Shown: piece after piece, positions 13,331 to 27,594 of the stretch | How the letters are laid out: each line of letters begins with the position of its first letter | Numbering within the stretch: the stretch's first letter is position 1 | Origin: Paramecium tetraurelia | Taxonomy: Eukaryota | NCBI GenBank assembly: GCA_000165425.1 | Contig: CT868019.1 | Coordinates: 248,001 to 312,000, forward strand | Length of the DNA: 64,000 nucleotides | Reading direction: 5' to 3' | Position numbers and translations under genes: made by a program | The notes under the pieces: model-generated | What the model was told of the DNA's origin: nothing | The model's database searches: none | What the model saw: only the letters and a program-made list of their open reading frames with translations

Positions 13331-14445
13331 ATGTCGCTAAGTTAACTGTCAAGCAAACCAAGAATAAATTATGCAAGTATCGTATTTAATAAATAAATTC
13401 AAGAGAACTCAGACATAAAAAAAGCCCAAATGATTAATAGTCATTTGGTTTAAATGATGAATTGTTTAAGGAAAATTTATAGAAAATTCAATCCATGAAA
13501 TAAAGAAGGAAACCAAGTGTAGACTAGAAGCATCAAAGGGCCAAATCAACCCTTGAAAACAAATAACATTCTTATAGGCTTAATAAACCAACAAATGATA
13601 AAGAGGAGTAAGATGGTGAGAAGTTATTTGACCAATTTTTTAAACTCAATAATTCAAAAAGTGATAGTGATTTTATGAAAGATTCTATGTAAAGAGAATC
13701 CACTAACAAAAATTAGGAGTAGCCAGATTTTTTAAAATTTGTTGAAAATGCCATTGAATATCATAAATCATCAGAGGTTCGATTTTTTAAACCTTCTACA
13801 AATAATAAACATTCTCATTTGGAATAGAAACTAAAAGAAGCATCTTTATCAAATAGATTGTTAATTAATTAGTTAAACTAATACAAATAAAAAGAAATTG
13901 AACTTAAACACAAGTTGAAATTGATGCAGAAAGAGTTTTCCATCCAATATAGTAGTTTAATATAATAAAATGCTTGGTTAGAAGAATTACTAGCAAAATA
14001 AAAGATTGATAATCAAAATTCGTTGTTAGCTGTGAAAAAAGCTGTAGAAATGCTTTAAATAAGGTGTAAATGTTAAAAAGGAATGCAATTGTGTGATAAA
14101 ATCTTAAGAGATGTAAAGAATTAGGAGAAATTACGTTAGTAGTATGAGTGGGAAGAAGAATCCTAAAGAATATAATCTTCATCAGAATTTACTAATAGTC
14201 ATGAAGAGGAGTAGAATAATGATTTAAATTTTTAATTGTTTGATAAAAATAGAAAAAAATCAATATCAAAAGCATAACATAATTCAATTTAATCAACTGA
14301 AGACTAATAGGAATAGATGGTTCATAGCTATATTCAAGGGACTAGCAAAAACTTGAGAGAATACACAAAAGACTATTTTCAAAAGAAAAGATAACTTTAG
14401 GAGCCATATTACATAGAGGAAGAAAATACAATCAATAGTAATTGA
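13331..14445 (+). CDS. Hypothetical coiled-coil protein
   Basis: ATG 13331, intron near 13377, Q/K/E-rich heptads, TGA 14443-14445. Confidence 0.6.
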
Positions 14446-14622
14446 AAGACTTTTATGTCAATCCCAATTGATATTAAATTAAATTACAATTACATATTTA
14501 GAAAATTATATATAATTTTGGTTAAAATTCTATGTTTTCAAATAGAATTCAATTTGAAAAAAGAAACAATTTATAAAATAGATTATGTTATTTCTTAATA
14601 TGTATAATTTCATTTTGGTTCA

Positions 14623-17600
14623 TCAGAACATTAAGGTAATCAAAATGGACATTGCGTATAGATAGAATCCATGGCCAGTAGTTGTTGGATCAGTTGTATT
14701 GGTTTGATTGTTATCTACAGTAGTGTTATTGTTGTTGTTGTTAGAAGCTCCTGCTCCACAAGCAATACACTTCTTTGTACTGGCATTCCAACTATAGGTA
14801 TACTAACTCATCTTATAACAGTTATCTTAAGTCAAGGCACTTGGATCTCCAGTCACACATTTTCCTCCTTGAACTTAACAAACTGTGTATCTCTTGCCAT
14901 CGAAGCTGGGAATGGTGACACATTTATTTGTGCCTTTAGCAGCTGAATCACATGTGTGATTGGAACATGAACTAGCAGTAGTTCCAACTGCAGCAGTCCA
15001 TTTACAAGTCAATGATTTTAATTGGCAAGCATTCTGATCGGAATTGGCATCTGAACATTGTGAGAATAGTTTGCATGTTCCAGTTGTCGTAGATCCTGAG
15101 GCTGGAGTAAATGCACAAGTGCCATCTGTTCCGCCAGCACCGCAAGCTTCTTTGGTGGTGTAATCTGCGCATTTTCCTTGATCAATGCATTTGGTTCCAT
15201 CTGATATGCATCCAGTAAGGGCAGCAGCACATTCAGAACTCTTAGTCTTTTTAGTATCTGAGCAAGTCTTAGTTTTGCATGTTTTGGCAGTGGTATCCCA
15301 AACACAAGCCTTGAATGAACTATCAATGACACAACCGGCTTATTTAGTATATGAGGCACAATCAGCCAAAGAAATGCATTTAGATCCATCAGTTGTGCAT
15401 TTAGAAGTTGGATTAATTTAGTATCCATAACATCCATTATGAGTTGATGTAGATGTACTTGCATCTGAACATTGTCTCAATCTGCAAGCTGAAGTATCCT
15501 TATCGAATTAACATGTACCATCAGTACCTCCAATCTTACAGGCAGCTTCACTATCAGCATAGGTAGAGCATTCAGCCATATCAATACAGTTAGTTCCATT
15601 ACTAATACATTTAGTATTGAAGGCAGTACATTCTGAACTTACTTTAGAGACTAAGTCTGTGCATTAGGTAAAGAGTTGGCATTTCTTGGTGGAAGTAACC
15701 CAACCGCAAGTACCATCAGTACCGTATAAGCATTATATTTATTTGGTGTAATTGCTGCAAATCTTTAAGGGAGTACATTTGCTTTCATCAGTAGTGCAAT
15801 ATTTAGAGGCAGCTTAACAGGTCGTTACTGTTTTCAATGATAAATCGGCACATTTATAGTATTACTGACAAGCATTGTTGTTCCAAAGACATGGTTACAA
15901 TGAAGAGTCTTGCAGACACTTAGCCTAAGTCTTATACATGTCACAAGTGAATGTGGACTTCATACATCCAGCACCATTGCTGACACAACCTGATATGAAA
16001 GCATCACAATCAGCATCATTAACTAATGTGACTGCAGCATCTTGGCAATCCTTAGCTCTGCATCCTTTAATTTATGTTCCTGTGACTATGGTTTCATCCC
16101 AAGTACAACTTCCAATTGAATCTGTTGATTTTGCAGCTGAACAAACTTCCTTTCTTGTGTATCCGGTACATGCTCCCTTGGTAACACAACCATTTCCTGC
16201 TCCAGCAAAAGTACAAGTATTTGAATATCCTGTGCAATCTGTTTCTGAGCCAACAGTCAAGGGTAGATCTTCGCATTTAGCCTCTGTGCAAGCACTGTTC
16301 TTCCAAATACAAATACCAAATCCTGAAGTTGATTCTGATGAAGCACAGACACTCTGACCACTTGCAGTGAAACTACTGCATGAAGTTTGAACATCTCTGC
16401 ATTGAGAAGCCCAAGCACAAAGAAAATCATTTCCACTCTTAACAGCAGTGCAAGATGAAGATGATTATACATCAGCACATGCAACTGAAGCACCACAACC
16501 ATGACCATTTGTCTTACATCCTGTTTTATATGAATTACAGTCAGCATCAGTGGTTAATGTAATTGGAGCATCTGAGCATTTGGCAGCAGTACAACTTGTT
16601 GGTGTGTCAGTTTAAAGTGCTGTGCCGATACATGGTCCATCTGAAGCTACATATTAGGCACAAGTGATGAAGTTGCCCTTCAATGAAGAACATGTCGAGA
16701 TGACATCGCATTTTGATCCATTATAATGACATTATATTCCATAAGCCTAACAAACCGATTCAGTATAAGAATCAACAGCCAACTTAGTGCAATCTTTCAC
16801 TTTACAAGATGTTGTGGCAGTGGCAGTCGAATCATTGGTGCATGACTTACCATTGCCCACAGCCTTCTCACAATCGGCTTGGACTCCTTGATAGGATGAA
16901 CACTCAGCAGTGGCCTCGATACAACCTGGTCTCTTTGTGACACATCCTTTCATGAAGGTGGCACAATCACTATCGGTAGTAGCTGTTGTGTTATGAGCAC
17001 AAGTTCTGTCAATACATGCTCCTTTGGTAGTTAAGGACAAACTCCAACATTACTTACTATTTCCGGTTAGTTGCTTACATCCATCTTGATTTCCCCATTA
17101 ACCAGAACATGGAACTGTAGCACTAATGCATCCTTTGCCAGTTGTAATACAACCATCCAAATATTTCTTGCAATCCGCATCGGTTGTGGCTATTCCATTG
17201 TCTTAACATCTTCTAACAACACAAGTACCATTAACAGATGTATTTCCTTGGCATTTTGATCCCAGTACTAAACCAGTAAGTAATTAGCAACTCTCTGAAG
17301 TTCCTGTCATTGATCCACATCCTGTCTGTATATCAACACAAGCTTCTCCATTAGTCTTACAAGTTGGAAGCCATGCCTGACAGATGGCATCTGTAGTTCC
17401 ATCAGATTTTTAACTACATAATCTATCCGCACAAGCAGCTGTGCCTGCCGAATTATGTGAATAGCATAATCTATACTCCCAAACATTACTGGCATTTTTG
17501 TATTTACCTGTTAAAGTCAAACACTCCTCTTTTGTACCCTAAACTAGAGCACATCCAGAAGAACTTCCATCAGCATTATTTCCATTGACACAAACGGCAC

Positions 17601-20517
17601 CAGTAGTTGGCTTTGAGTAAACGCATAAATCAAAATATGTGTTGCATTATGAAAATGATGAGACAGTAACTCCAAGATGTGTATTTGCACTTGCACACGA
17701 TTTTTCGACACAAGCACTTCCAGTATGGAAACAATATTAAGCAGTTGCACTGCCTGCAAAAGCGGTGGCATATGCTACCTTTTTAGCCTTGCAATCTGTT
17801 GCACTAGCATTATAGGCAGAACAGACATCATCTATGCAAGGATTTCCAGCAGTTGTATTTGCTTTGCATGAGCCGCCATGAGCAGTGATGGCAGTAGGAC
17901 ATGTACCAGAAGATGATGGACTATATGCACCACAAGTAGCTGCGACAGTACAAGCATCTGTGTTACTTACCTTACCAAAATGGCATAATGGATGATAGTT
18001 TTAACAGCTGGTTTCAGCAGTTGGGCTAGTAACATTTGTGCATACATAATCTTCACACACAGAACCATCTGACTTTCTGGCACAAGTAGATTTATGATCT
18101 GTACAAGCCTTCAGATCTGCTGGATTTGCAATCTAACTGCATGCTCTATCTGCACAATTACTACCAGTTGTCCAATAACACTTTGCACCACTTGCATTGT
18201 ATAGATCTTTACAAGCAGCCACTGAACTACCAGAATAAGAACTACAAGCTCCTATTATAACACAAGAATTATTAATAAAGAGACATCTATTTGGTAATAC
18301 TGCATCACAACTTGCTTAATTAGTAGCTCCATTGATACTAGCACATGTAGCTTCAGCAGTGCAAGCTTCTCTTCTAGCGCATCCTTTTGATAAGGCAGCA
18401 CAACCTGCTTAATTCATTGCTGGATAATCACCACAACTCGAAGCGCCTGCAATACATCCAGCTCCTGTTGTCACACATCCCTTCAAGAATTTACCACATA
18501 AATCATCAGTTGTATTGGTATTATCAGCATCAGCGCAAGCTTTATCTACACAGTTAGCTCCACTCTTCCACCAACAAGGATTTGCTTAATTAGAACCAGT
18601 AAACTTTCCACAAATATCTGTGCTTGTTCCAGGATAAGCAGAACAGGCTGCACTAGCTGCTATACATCCAGTTCCTTTTGTTAAACATGTTGAATGGTAT
18701 GACTTGCAAGCATCATCAGAGGTAGCATCGGTATTGTCTGTGCATACGGGATCAACACATGCAGTAGTATCAGATGCACTGTTAGTATTAGTGCATTTAA
18801 TTGTGAATCCTTCACAGGTAGCTTTAGTTCCAGAATAACTACTACAAGTAGCAGTTGATGCAATACAGCCTGTCTTCTTAGTCAAGCATCCCTTAAGGAA
18901 GGCATCACATAAAGAATCTGTGTTATAAGTGTTAGGTGCTTGGTCACAAGTTCTAGCGACACAAGTACCACTTACCCACCAGCAAGTATTTTTGTTCTAT
19001 AAAACAACTGTCTTACATAATATTTCGGATTTGAGATCAGAACAAGCCACATTTGATACACATTAGGGTGTCCATTAACATGTTGATTTACCATCACATT
19101 GGCTGTTATTTAATAGAGTACTACAGGCACCAGCATCCATACAACCTCCAGTGCCAGTTGCAATACAGCCAGTTTGATAATTGTTACAATCCTCGTTTGT
19201 TGTTAGGGAAGCAAGAGCATCTGAACACTTCTTTGGGAAACAGCTACCACTACTAGCACCTCCTGCACACTTACCATCAGTTCCTATGTATCCATCACAA
19301 CTTGTTGAATCTCCAGTGTAGGATGAACATGTTGATAAGGTAGAGACACAACCTTTACCTGTTGTTTTACATCCAGTTTGATATTCGTCACACTTAGCAT
19401 CACTATTCAATGAAGCATCGGCATCCTTACACACCTTGGCAGAGCAAGCAGCTTCAGCATCTGAAGCTCCTTTGCATTTACCATCAGATCCAATGTACCC
19501 ATCACATGTTGAGGAAGTACCTTTATATGATGAGCAAGTTCCTTTTGAAGTGGCACATCCTTTACCAGTTGTCACACAGCCACTCTTGTACTTACCACAT
19601 TCAGTATCTGTTGAATATGTTTCTGGAGCATCTTTACAATCTACCACACTACAAGTTTTTCCCTCAGCTACTCCCTTACATTTACCATCTGACCCTGTCT
19701 TATTTGCACACACCACGTCGTCACCTGTCTATGTAGAACATGATCCCAAAGGAGACTTAACACAACCATAGCCGTTTGTCACACAACCAATTTAATACTT
19801 AGCACAGGCAGTGTCTGAGTTCAATGTTGTCTCGGCATCTGTACACACCTTGACCACACATTTGTCTTTTCCATCCACACCTTTACAATAACCATCGGAT
19901 CCCTTCAATCCTTCACAACTTTCAACATCTCCACTATATGTTGAACAAAGTCCCAATGACGTTACACATCCTTTTCCAGTGGTCACACATCCCTTTATGA
20001 AGTTATTACATTAAGCATCTGAGTTGAAGGCAATATCTGCTTCAGTACACTTTTATTCTCGGCAGGATGTATCCCAAACACAAGTGCCTGAGCCACCACT
20101 ACTACCTTTTCCAGTACAATCTTCGGCTGTTTTGTATGTTGTACAAGTTCCAGGATCAACACAAAATGCTGTTCCATCTGAGTTACATTGTTTGGAGATG
20201 GCCTAGCATTCAGCGTCAGTTGCGCCTTTGTAAGCAGAACAACCAGCAAATATTTAACAAACAGAATCTAAATAGGCACAACCCTTGGTTTTAGCACAAG
20301 TGATTGCATCGGTTATCAACCCACAGTATCCTTCAGTGGAACTGCTGCCAGAATCCAGCTTAGAACAAAGAGATGTTGTTGTTGACCAACTGCATCCTTG
20401 TTTTGCTTTGCAATCAGCCTGAGAGAGAAGTTTCTCACAATTGCATTAATCTGAGACTGCTACATCTGTTGTAGATGCAGCCATAAGTAAAATACTTATT
20501 GTTATCAAAACCTTCAT
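14623..20517 (-). CDS. Paramecium surface (immobilization) antigen-family protein, 1964 aa, Cys-periodic, GPI-anchored
   Basis: Signal peptide MKVLITISILLMAAS; periodic Cys/Ser/Thr/Ala repeats (CSSYxG...C...GCVTxGxGC); C-terminal N/T spacer plus hydrophobic tail GHGFYLYAMSILITLMF*; the Cys-repeat ORF-track fragments checked share one frame (5895 nt, intronless); elevated GC. Confidence 0.93.
18400..20050 (-). repeat. Degenerate tandem coding repeats (about 190 nt / 63 aa period) within the surface antigen
   Basis: Recurrent GCVTTGKGCV..L..CSxYxGD..xCxG..GSDGKCKG units. Confidence 0.8.
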
Positions 20518-22029
20518 TTGATAATTTTTAAATAAATAATGAAATTATACAAAAATCTGTTCTCCTTTTGAAACAAAGATACACCCTTTCATTATAAATT
20601 TCATAATCTATACTTTTGAAAATGTAGCTCAATACTTTTATCGATAATAATTACAATTAAAGATATTATTTTTAATTGACATAGTATGATATTTTGTTTT
20701 TAAATCGAATCTTTTTCTTCTAAACTCAAATATCCAATTAGCAAACTATTCCTTATTCTTTGAATTATTTGTTTTAACATTTTTACACCTTTAACGTTAG
20801 TCACTTATTCTATCTGAGATTTTATGAATTTTATTTTATCTATTCAAAACTTATCAAATAGCTAACGTTGTTTATTTCAAAGCCTAAAAACCAAACACTC
20901 TCTCGCTACTCTTTATTTCTATCTTGGGCTAACTGGAGAATAATTTCAATACATCTATGATCATGAATGCAAAATCACATTTTCGGATTATCTTTTGATT
21001 GACGATTGATGAAAATTTATTTTTAAAGAGTGTTTACTCCTGTAGTATCTAATCCTTTCAATTATCCTTCCACCCTGTTTTCCACAATTTTTTCTAACAT
21101 TAATTATTTAAATCCAACTAATCAAATACCAGTAAACTATTGGACAGCAGGTGCTTGAAATACATGTGAGAAAAATAATTCTTTTTCAAGAAAACAGAAG
21201 AAGTTGGATTGAATGATTATGACAATCAATAATTGATACGGCTTTATCAATAACTAAAGAGAAGAGTATTCAAGTACTTTTATTATAATGTTTATATATT
21301 TATTTAAAAATATAAAATTTTTTTGATGAAATAGTTGGGATTGCTAGAAACGTCAATTAGATTCCAAATGGCCTTGTGATATAATTAAATTAAAACATTC
21401 CACTACACTCAAATGTCGTTACGATGTATCAAAAGTGTATTTTGATTTTCAACAAAATCAATATTTTAAATTAACAGCATTAAGATAATGAAAATCTCCT
21501 TTATAACCTTTAGACCTAGATAAATTGATGAATTCATTGCCGAATATTCAATTTATTAATCATCATCCTCTTTTAACGTAAAAATTAAAAAACATATATA
21601 TTAAAATAATATATTGATAAATTTGAAAAATTTATATATTATAATCTTCATATTCTATTTTGAAAGATGTAATCACTATTGCATTATTTCTTTACAATCA
21701 TGCCTTAATAAAGGATTTCGTAACTATCCAGCTTTCCTATTTCATCATCATGAACAATGGATTGATATTAGTTTGTTTATGAAAATAATAGAAAAAAATG
21801 GTTTTGTCGTATTTTCCTTATAGTCATTCTTTCTTAAATTATCATCAGAAAGCTAGATAAGAGACCATAGCACACTCCTCAATAAGAATATTCACACAGC
21901 TCGTATAAATAATGAAAATCTATAGCCCTACCATAAATATATTATATGTGATAAATGCAATTGTATGCTATTCAATAATTCATATGGAAATATTTATTAT
22001 TATGGTAATTAATTTAAAAATCTATTATT

Positions 22030-22950
22030 ATGTCTTAACTTGAGTAAATTCTTCTATCTAATTCTTCTGGTATTAAAACACAATTTTAAATTGAATCGGA
22101 GGTATTTAAATAGTGTAATAGTAAAGAAAATTGAGGATCTAATAAATTAGCTAAAATAAATTAATGATCAACTACAAGCCACCTAGATCACTGAGTAGTA
22201 ATTAAAATGTCCAAATAAAATAGATAAAACTCTTAGCTTATGCCTGCTAAATAGAATTTTAAAATGAAAGCTGAAAATATTAAATAAATAGTAACATCTT
22301 TGGAAAAGAGCATTCGTGGCAATGAACAAAAGAACATTCTATCAAAATTAAAGTAGTCGTTTTAAAAAGAAGTTGAAAGACAAAGGAGGATTCTCAAGAG
22401 TTCCATAAATTCTTCATATGAAAAAAGATTCTCCAGGATTTCAATAATCAGATAATCGAGAATAAAAGGCTCAGAGATTTAAGCAGAGCAATTAAAATAC
22501 TTTGTTGAACATAATTATGTGAAAATTGGGTAAAAGGATGAAAGAATAGAATAGGAGAACAAGAGACACTCGTCAGTCAAAATTGAAGATAACTCAAAAA
22601 TAAAAACAATTTCAATTGATGAAGAGTTCAGAGATTAAGAATGGATTGATTTAGAGAATATTTTGATTGAAGAAAGGCAAAAAGAACTAGATGATATTGA
22701 AAGAGAAGCAGTTTAACTAAATTTATTAGCAAATTAGATGGGCAGCACTCTCGGCTAATAAGGTGTAAATCTAAATTTTGGATAGTAAAATATAAGTTAA
22801 GTCAAGCCTAAAGTAATACAAACTTAGAACAAAATAGTCAGTGTTGATAGGTAATAGAAAAGCCGATTCAAAAAGAAATATTATATTATTATTGGAATTC
22901 TCATTTTAATAATAGTTGTGATGATAATTTTACTTATCTCAATCTATTGA
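22030..22950 (+). CDS. Syntaxin-like Q-SNARE
   Basis: SNARE motif ILIEERQKELDDIEREAVQLNLLANQMGSTLGQQG, then a basic stretch and C-terminal TM YYIIIGILILIIVVMIILLISIY*. Confidence 0.82.
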
Positions 22951-23077
22951 TAGATATTAAGGGTATATCTAGAAAAATTGTTTGAATCATGGTTTCTCAA
23001 ATATATTTTTTAGTCATTTTAATCATCTATAATAGTAATATTCTTATATTAGATTTAATATTATTTTTATTAAGAAC

Positions 23078-23612
23078 ATGTAATCATCTTATGATTAATT
23101 ATGCAAAAATAAATAATTAGCTTTTACTATATTTTCTAAGGTTAAAGATCCTTTTCCATTGATTGAAGTATTATACAAATTTAAAAAAGCAAAGTGATAT
23201 AGCTGAATTTGAGTTGGCAAAACAAGAGCAAAGATCAAGATTTTAAACTACTTTCTATAGCTCACTGCTATCTACATGTATTTTTTGCTTGATTTTGAAA
23301 ATGAGGAATCCTATTTATGCATTGACTGCAAGGTATATCTCATTTTATAAAATAAGATCATCCTTTTATGGATTGTTAAAGAAATACTATATTGTTCCTA
23401 TTTTTCTATCACAACCATTCTATAATTAATATAGCCAACTTTATGATGAAAAAGTGAATAAAATATTGAAAAAATATGATTTCACTACTCTTTAATTTCA
23501 ATAGGCCTTTAAATAGATTGAAGCTGATGGAGGCATACAGAAATTTATGAAAAAGCACCTTTCAGAAAAAGATGAAGAACCGTAAGAATCAGTCTAACAA
23601 ACATAATTATGA
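23078..23612 (+). CDS. Small hypothetical membrane protein (about 2 TM)
   Basis: Code-6 frame open after removing two short introns (about 23168 and 23333). Confidence 0.6.
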
Positions 23613-23698
23613 GAAATATAAATTTATTTTATTAATGTAATTTTCAGAGCAAATAACAAAATATATAATTTGAATTAAATAAATTATTCTCATCGTTA

Positions 23699-26539
23699 AT
23701 GAAGAAAATTAGTTAATAGATGTTATCATTAATGAACAAAAATATCTAACTAGATTAACCATATCCAAATGACTTAAAAAAAAATAAAAGCAAACCTAAG
23801 ACTGCAAACACAGAGAGAACTCAATCCAAAACCTAGAAAAATGATTTACTTGAGTATTTCAAGAAAGACAGGAACACTTTAACTTAACTAGTAAATTCCT
23901 CTAAGACCAATTTATAGGGAAGCAAAAGCATTGATAATTTATAGCAAAAATGTTAAAAGAGTGAACCTTTAAAAAATGGCTAATTTAATGTATATTCAAA
24001 TATATCCCCCTATTAGGCTGACACACGTATTTAGACTGACGAAGGAAATAGTACTAAAAGATAGATTTTAAAATAAAAAAACTTATCATTAGCTACCATT
24101 TCATTAGATGCACAAAGTATTGATAAAATGTTGAAAAATTAATTGTCAAAGTAACCGCAGACAACAAAGTAATCTTACAACCAATCTCCTTAAAAATTAA
24201 ATTAAATCGCCTACTAAGACATAAAAAGATCAATTGCTATTTGACATGCATTTAGTAATCTATTAATAAATATATTATCTAGTTAAAAAACACAGTATGC
24301 AATAATGAGTATTAGAATTATTTAAATTTAAAATTGAATAAATAATCCATTTAATCCAACAATTCATTAAATCATAGATAGTCAATTGAAGATATGCTTT
24401 AATATTAAAAAATACTCAAAGGATCCTAATAATCTTAACCAGGGAAAACAAAAAAGACTGAAAGTGAATCTAAGTCAACCAATTTGAGCCAGATTAAAAC
24501 CGAATATTCTTCTGCTTCTAATTAATAATTCTTAAAATAAAAGAGCAAAGAAGAAACGACTTCATATGATCCAAACAAATAAATACTCATAATTCTCTAT
24601 TATAAATAATAAAAGTAATATATGTTGTAAAATCAATAGATACACTTATTCGTATGAATTTAAAAATTAAACTACTGATAATTTATATAATTATTTGATC
24701 CAATAAATAGCATGCATAGAAAGGTCATTTACAAAACTTGGAAGTGGAACAGGCTCAACTGAAGGAGATTAAATATAATAAGGTATATTAAAGAACCTAT
24801 ATATTTTTAGAATTAAATAAAATATGTCAATTTTAAACAATATCAAAAAATATCCCATATGATTACTATTTAACAATCTCTGGCTAAACTTTGGACGTTT
24901 TCAAAGGAAAAACGTTGCAGATTTAGCCATTTTATTCATAACCAATAACAACAAAAAGAGTTGGATTGAAGGACTTTACATTAGTTAAATGTATAGGCGT
25001 TGGAGGATTTTCAAGAGTATATATGGTAAGAAAGAGAGACAATGGGAAGTTTTATGCCCTGAAACTGATTGATAAGAAATTCATTTTAGACAATCAAAAA
25101 GAGATTATCGTACAAAATGAAAGAGACATTATGGTTAGGATGGAGAATTAATTTGTTACTCCATTGTAGTACGCATTTGAGACTAAATATTACATTGCAT
25201 TTGTTCTGGATTATTGTGCTGGAGGCGAGTTGTTTTATCATCTACGCAAATTGAAAAGATTGAATGAATAAGATGCTAAATTCTATTTTGTAGAAATTTG
25301 CATTGGTATGGCTTATCTACATTCCTAACATATTGTATATCGAGACATAAAGCCAGAAAACATTCTGTTAGACTTATAAGGTCACTTACTTCTAAGTGAT
25401 TTTGGTTTATCAAAGCCTGATATGACACCAGATGATTTTGCCTATTCGTTTTGTGGATCTCCAGAATATATGGCTCCAGAAATGCTGATGAAAACTGGTC
25501 ATAACTATTTAGTGGATTGCTATTGCTTAGGGGCCTTGCTTTATGAATTAGTTACAGGGTTGCCTCCATTTTATTCTCATAATACTCAAGAAATTTATAA
25601 TTCTATTTTGACTGAAACTATAGAATTTCCATAATATGTTCAAATATCACCTGTTTTAAAGGATCTCATATTGTAACTGCTTTAAAAAGACCCTACAGAA
25701 AGATTGGGTTAGAATGGTGGCGTTGTTGAGATTTTAACCCACAAATGGTTTTAGGATGTTGATTTTGAAGCAATTGCCAATAAAAAATTGAACACTCCCT
25801 ATAAACCAGAGCCTCTTAAATATAATTTTGATGAGGAGGAATTTAGTAAAGGAGATTCTGAGTTTAGGAAGTAATATTAAACCAATATGCAAAAAGAATT
25901 CCAAGTATTGAATTATAACTATTTAGAATGTTGACACTGCAAACTATGTATTGAAAAACTTTTATTACTCTCGAGAATCCTAAGTTGGACTTGATAAAAC
26001 TATAAGAATCAAGGAGGTCAATCTAAATCAAATATAGAATTTAGCAATTCCTACTTAATCTTCATCTCCTTCCAAAATTTAACTATAATCTAAGGGAGAA
26101 AAACATCCTCAGTAAGTAGTTGCCTCTCCTCAAGAGGGAAAAAGAATTAATAGACAAGCTGGAAAAAGTGAAGTTTATGATTACTTTAAAAAGCATGATT
26201 TGTCTTCAAAGTAATCTCAATTACTACATTAATCTACCAAATTAGGACATTCTTATTCAAAAACAATGCAATAAGCATAAAGTTCTTTATAAGATTTGAA
26301 GGTAAATAATGTAAAAAATATGATTGTAGTAATTTAAATTATTTGTTGATTAATCAAAAGCTTTGTTATGCACAGATAGAACTAATACCATGCCAGATTA
26401 AAACCTGAAAAATTTTACAGAGAGACTAAAAACTGAACAATTTGGAAATCTATCATCTCCTAAAACCATAACTAATAGTTCGTTGAATAAATTGACCAAC
26501 TTTTCCAAACTATTTACATCTGAGAAATAAAAATAATGA
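23699..26539 (+). CDS. AGC-group Ser/Thr protein kinase (Akt/SGK-like catalytic domain) with long N- and C-terminal extensions
   Basis: IGVGGFSRVY, YALK, YRDIKPEN, DFG, FCGSPEYMAPE, GLPPFY, and AGC tail PYKP...NFDEEEF. Confidence 0.9.
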
Positions 26540-26602
26540 ATGATCTTAACTTATTAATTTAATATTATTAATGAAATAAAATTATTATTAATCATCATCC
26601 TA

Positions 26603-27229
26603 TCATATTAGTACTAGAATTGATATGATATATAAAACTAATAAAACAATTATACCAGAAACTATTAATTTTACAATTTTATCATTCTGCTCAGGAAGTG
26701 CAACTTATTTTTGCTTTTGGGGACTGAAGTCTTAAAATTCATGAATGTCTGGAGAGTAGTTATTCTATCCTTAGTTAGGTTTTCTCTACTTGATTTCATC
26801 AAATTAAAAATGGAGTGGAGTATTATTATCTTAATGCATATCTTTGAATTCCAAGTCTTCATTGCTGTTCTAATGTTTGTAGTTAATTTAGTTTTTTGAA
26901 TTCTATTGAATGCTATTTGATGGCTAGTGAGTCACGGGTTATTCGATTTAAGAATTTCTTGATGTAGCAGTATATTTTGATATGATCTTTTCTACTTCTG
27001 GATCTGGCCTATAAGGTTAGAAAGTGCTTAGGGCTGATTATTTTAATGGCTAAGCATTTTGAGTATATCGAACATTTGAATATGATTATGATGGTTATAT
27101 GTAGGACTGTGCTTAGTAAATTAAAGGTATTGGTTGTGGATACATATTGGTAGGATATCCAGATGGAACAACTGGGATAGTTTTGATTGGTGAATATTAA
27201 TGAACAGGGGCATTTTGGTTGTAGTACAT
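26603..27229 (-). CDS. Q/P-rich tail-anchored hypothetical protein (208 aa)
   Basis: Intronless 627-nt frame MYYNQNAPV... ending in a TM segment LIVSGIIVLLVLYIISILVLI*. Confidence 0.7.
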
Positions 27230-27594
27230 TAAATCGTTATAAATTTAATATGAATATTAATAATTATGTGCAACATTAATGTATTGCTGTATTAATAGAT
27301 AAATCAATTTAAGAGGATATTCAAATTAAATAACACAAACTATAATAGATCAAGTTAAACAAGAGCATCATTTAGTTTTGGTTTTAGTAATTATAGTATA
27401 TAATCTAGATAAGAAGTTCGTTACTGTTTTTTTAATGATAATATTTTAATATCTAGTTTTTTTATTATTTCTTAGTTTTTTAAGCATCAAATTTAGGTTA
27501 AATAAGAATAGTTACATTTACTATTTTAAGAAATCAATTAGGTTAACAAATCTCCAAAATAAAAATTTGTTGTATTCTATGTACTAATATGATA

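Noticed and set aside
14671..20294. Many overlapping plus-strand and alternate-frame ORFs
   Set aside because: Shadows of the GC-richer, repetitive surface-antigen CDS
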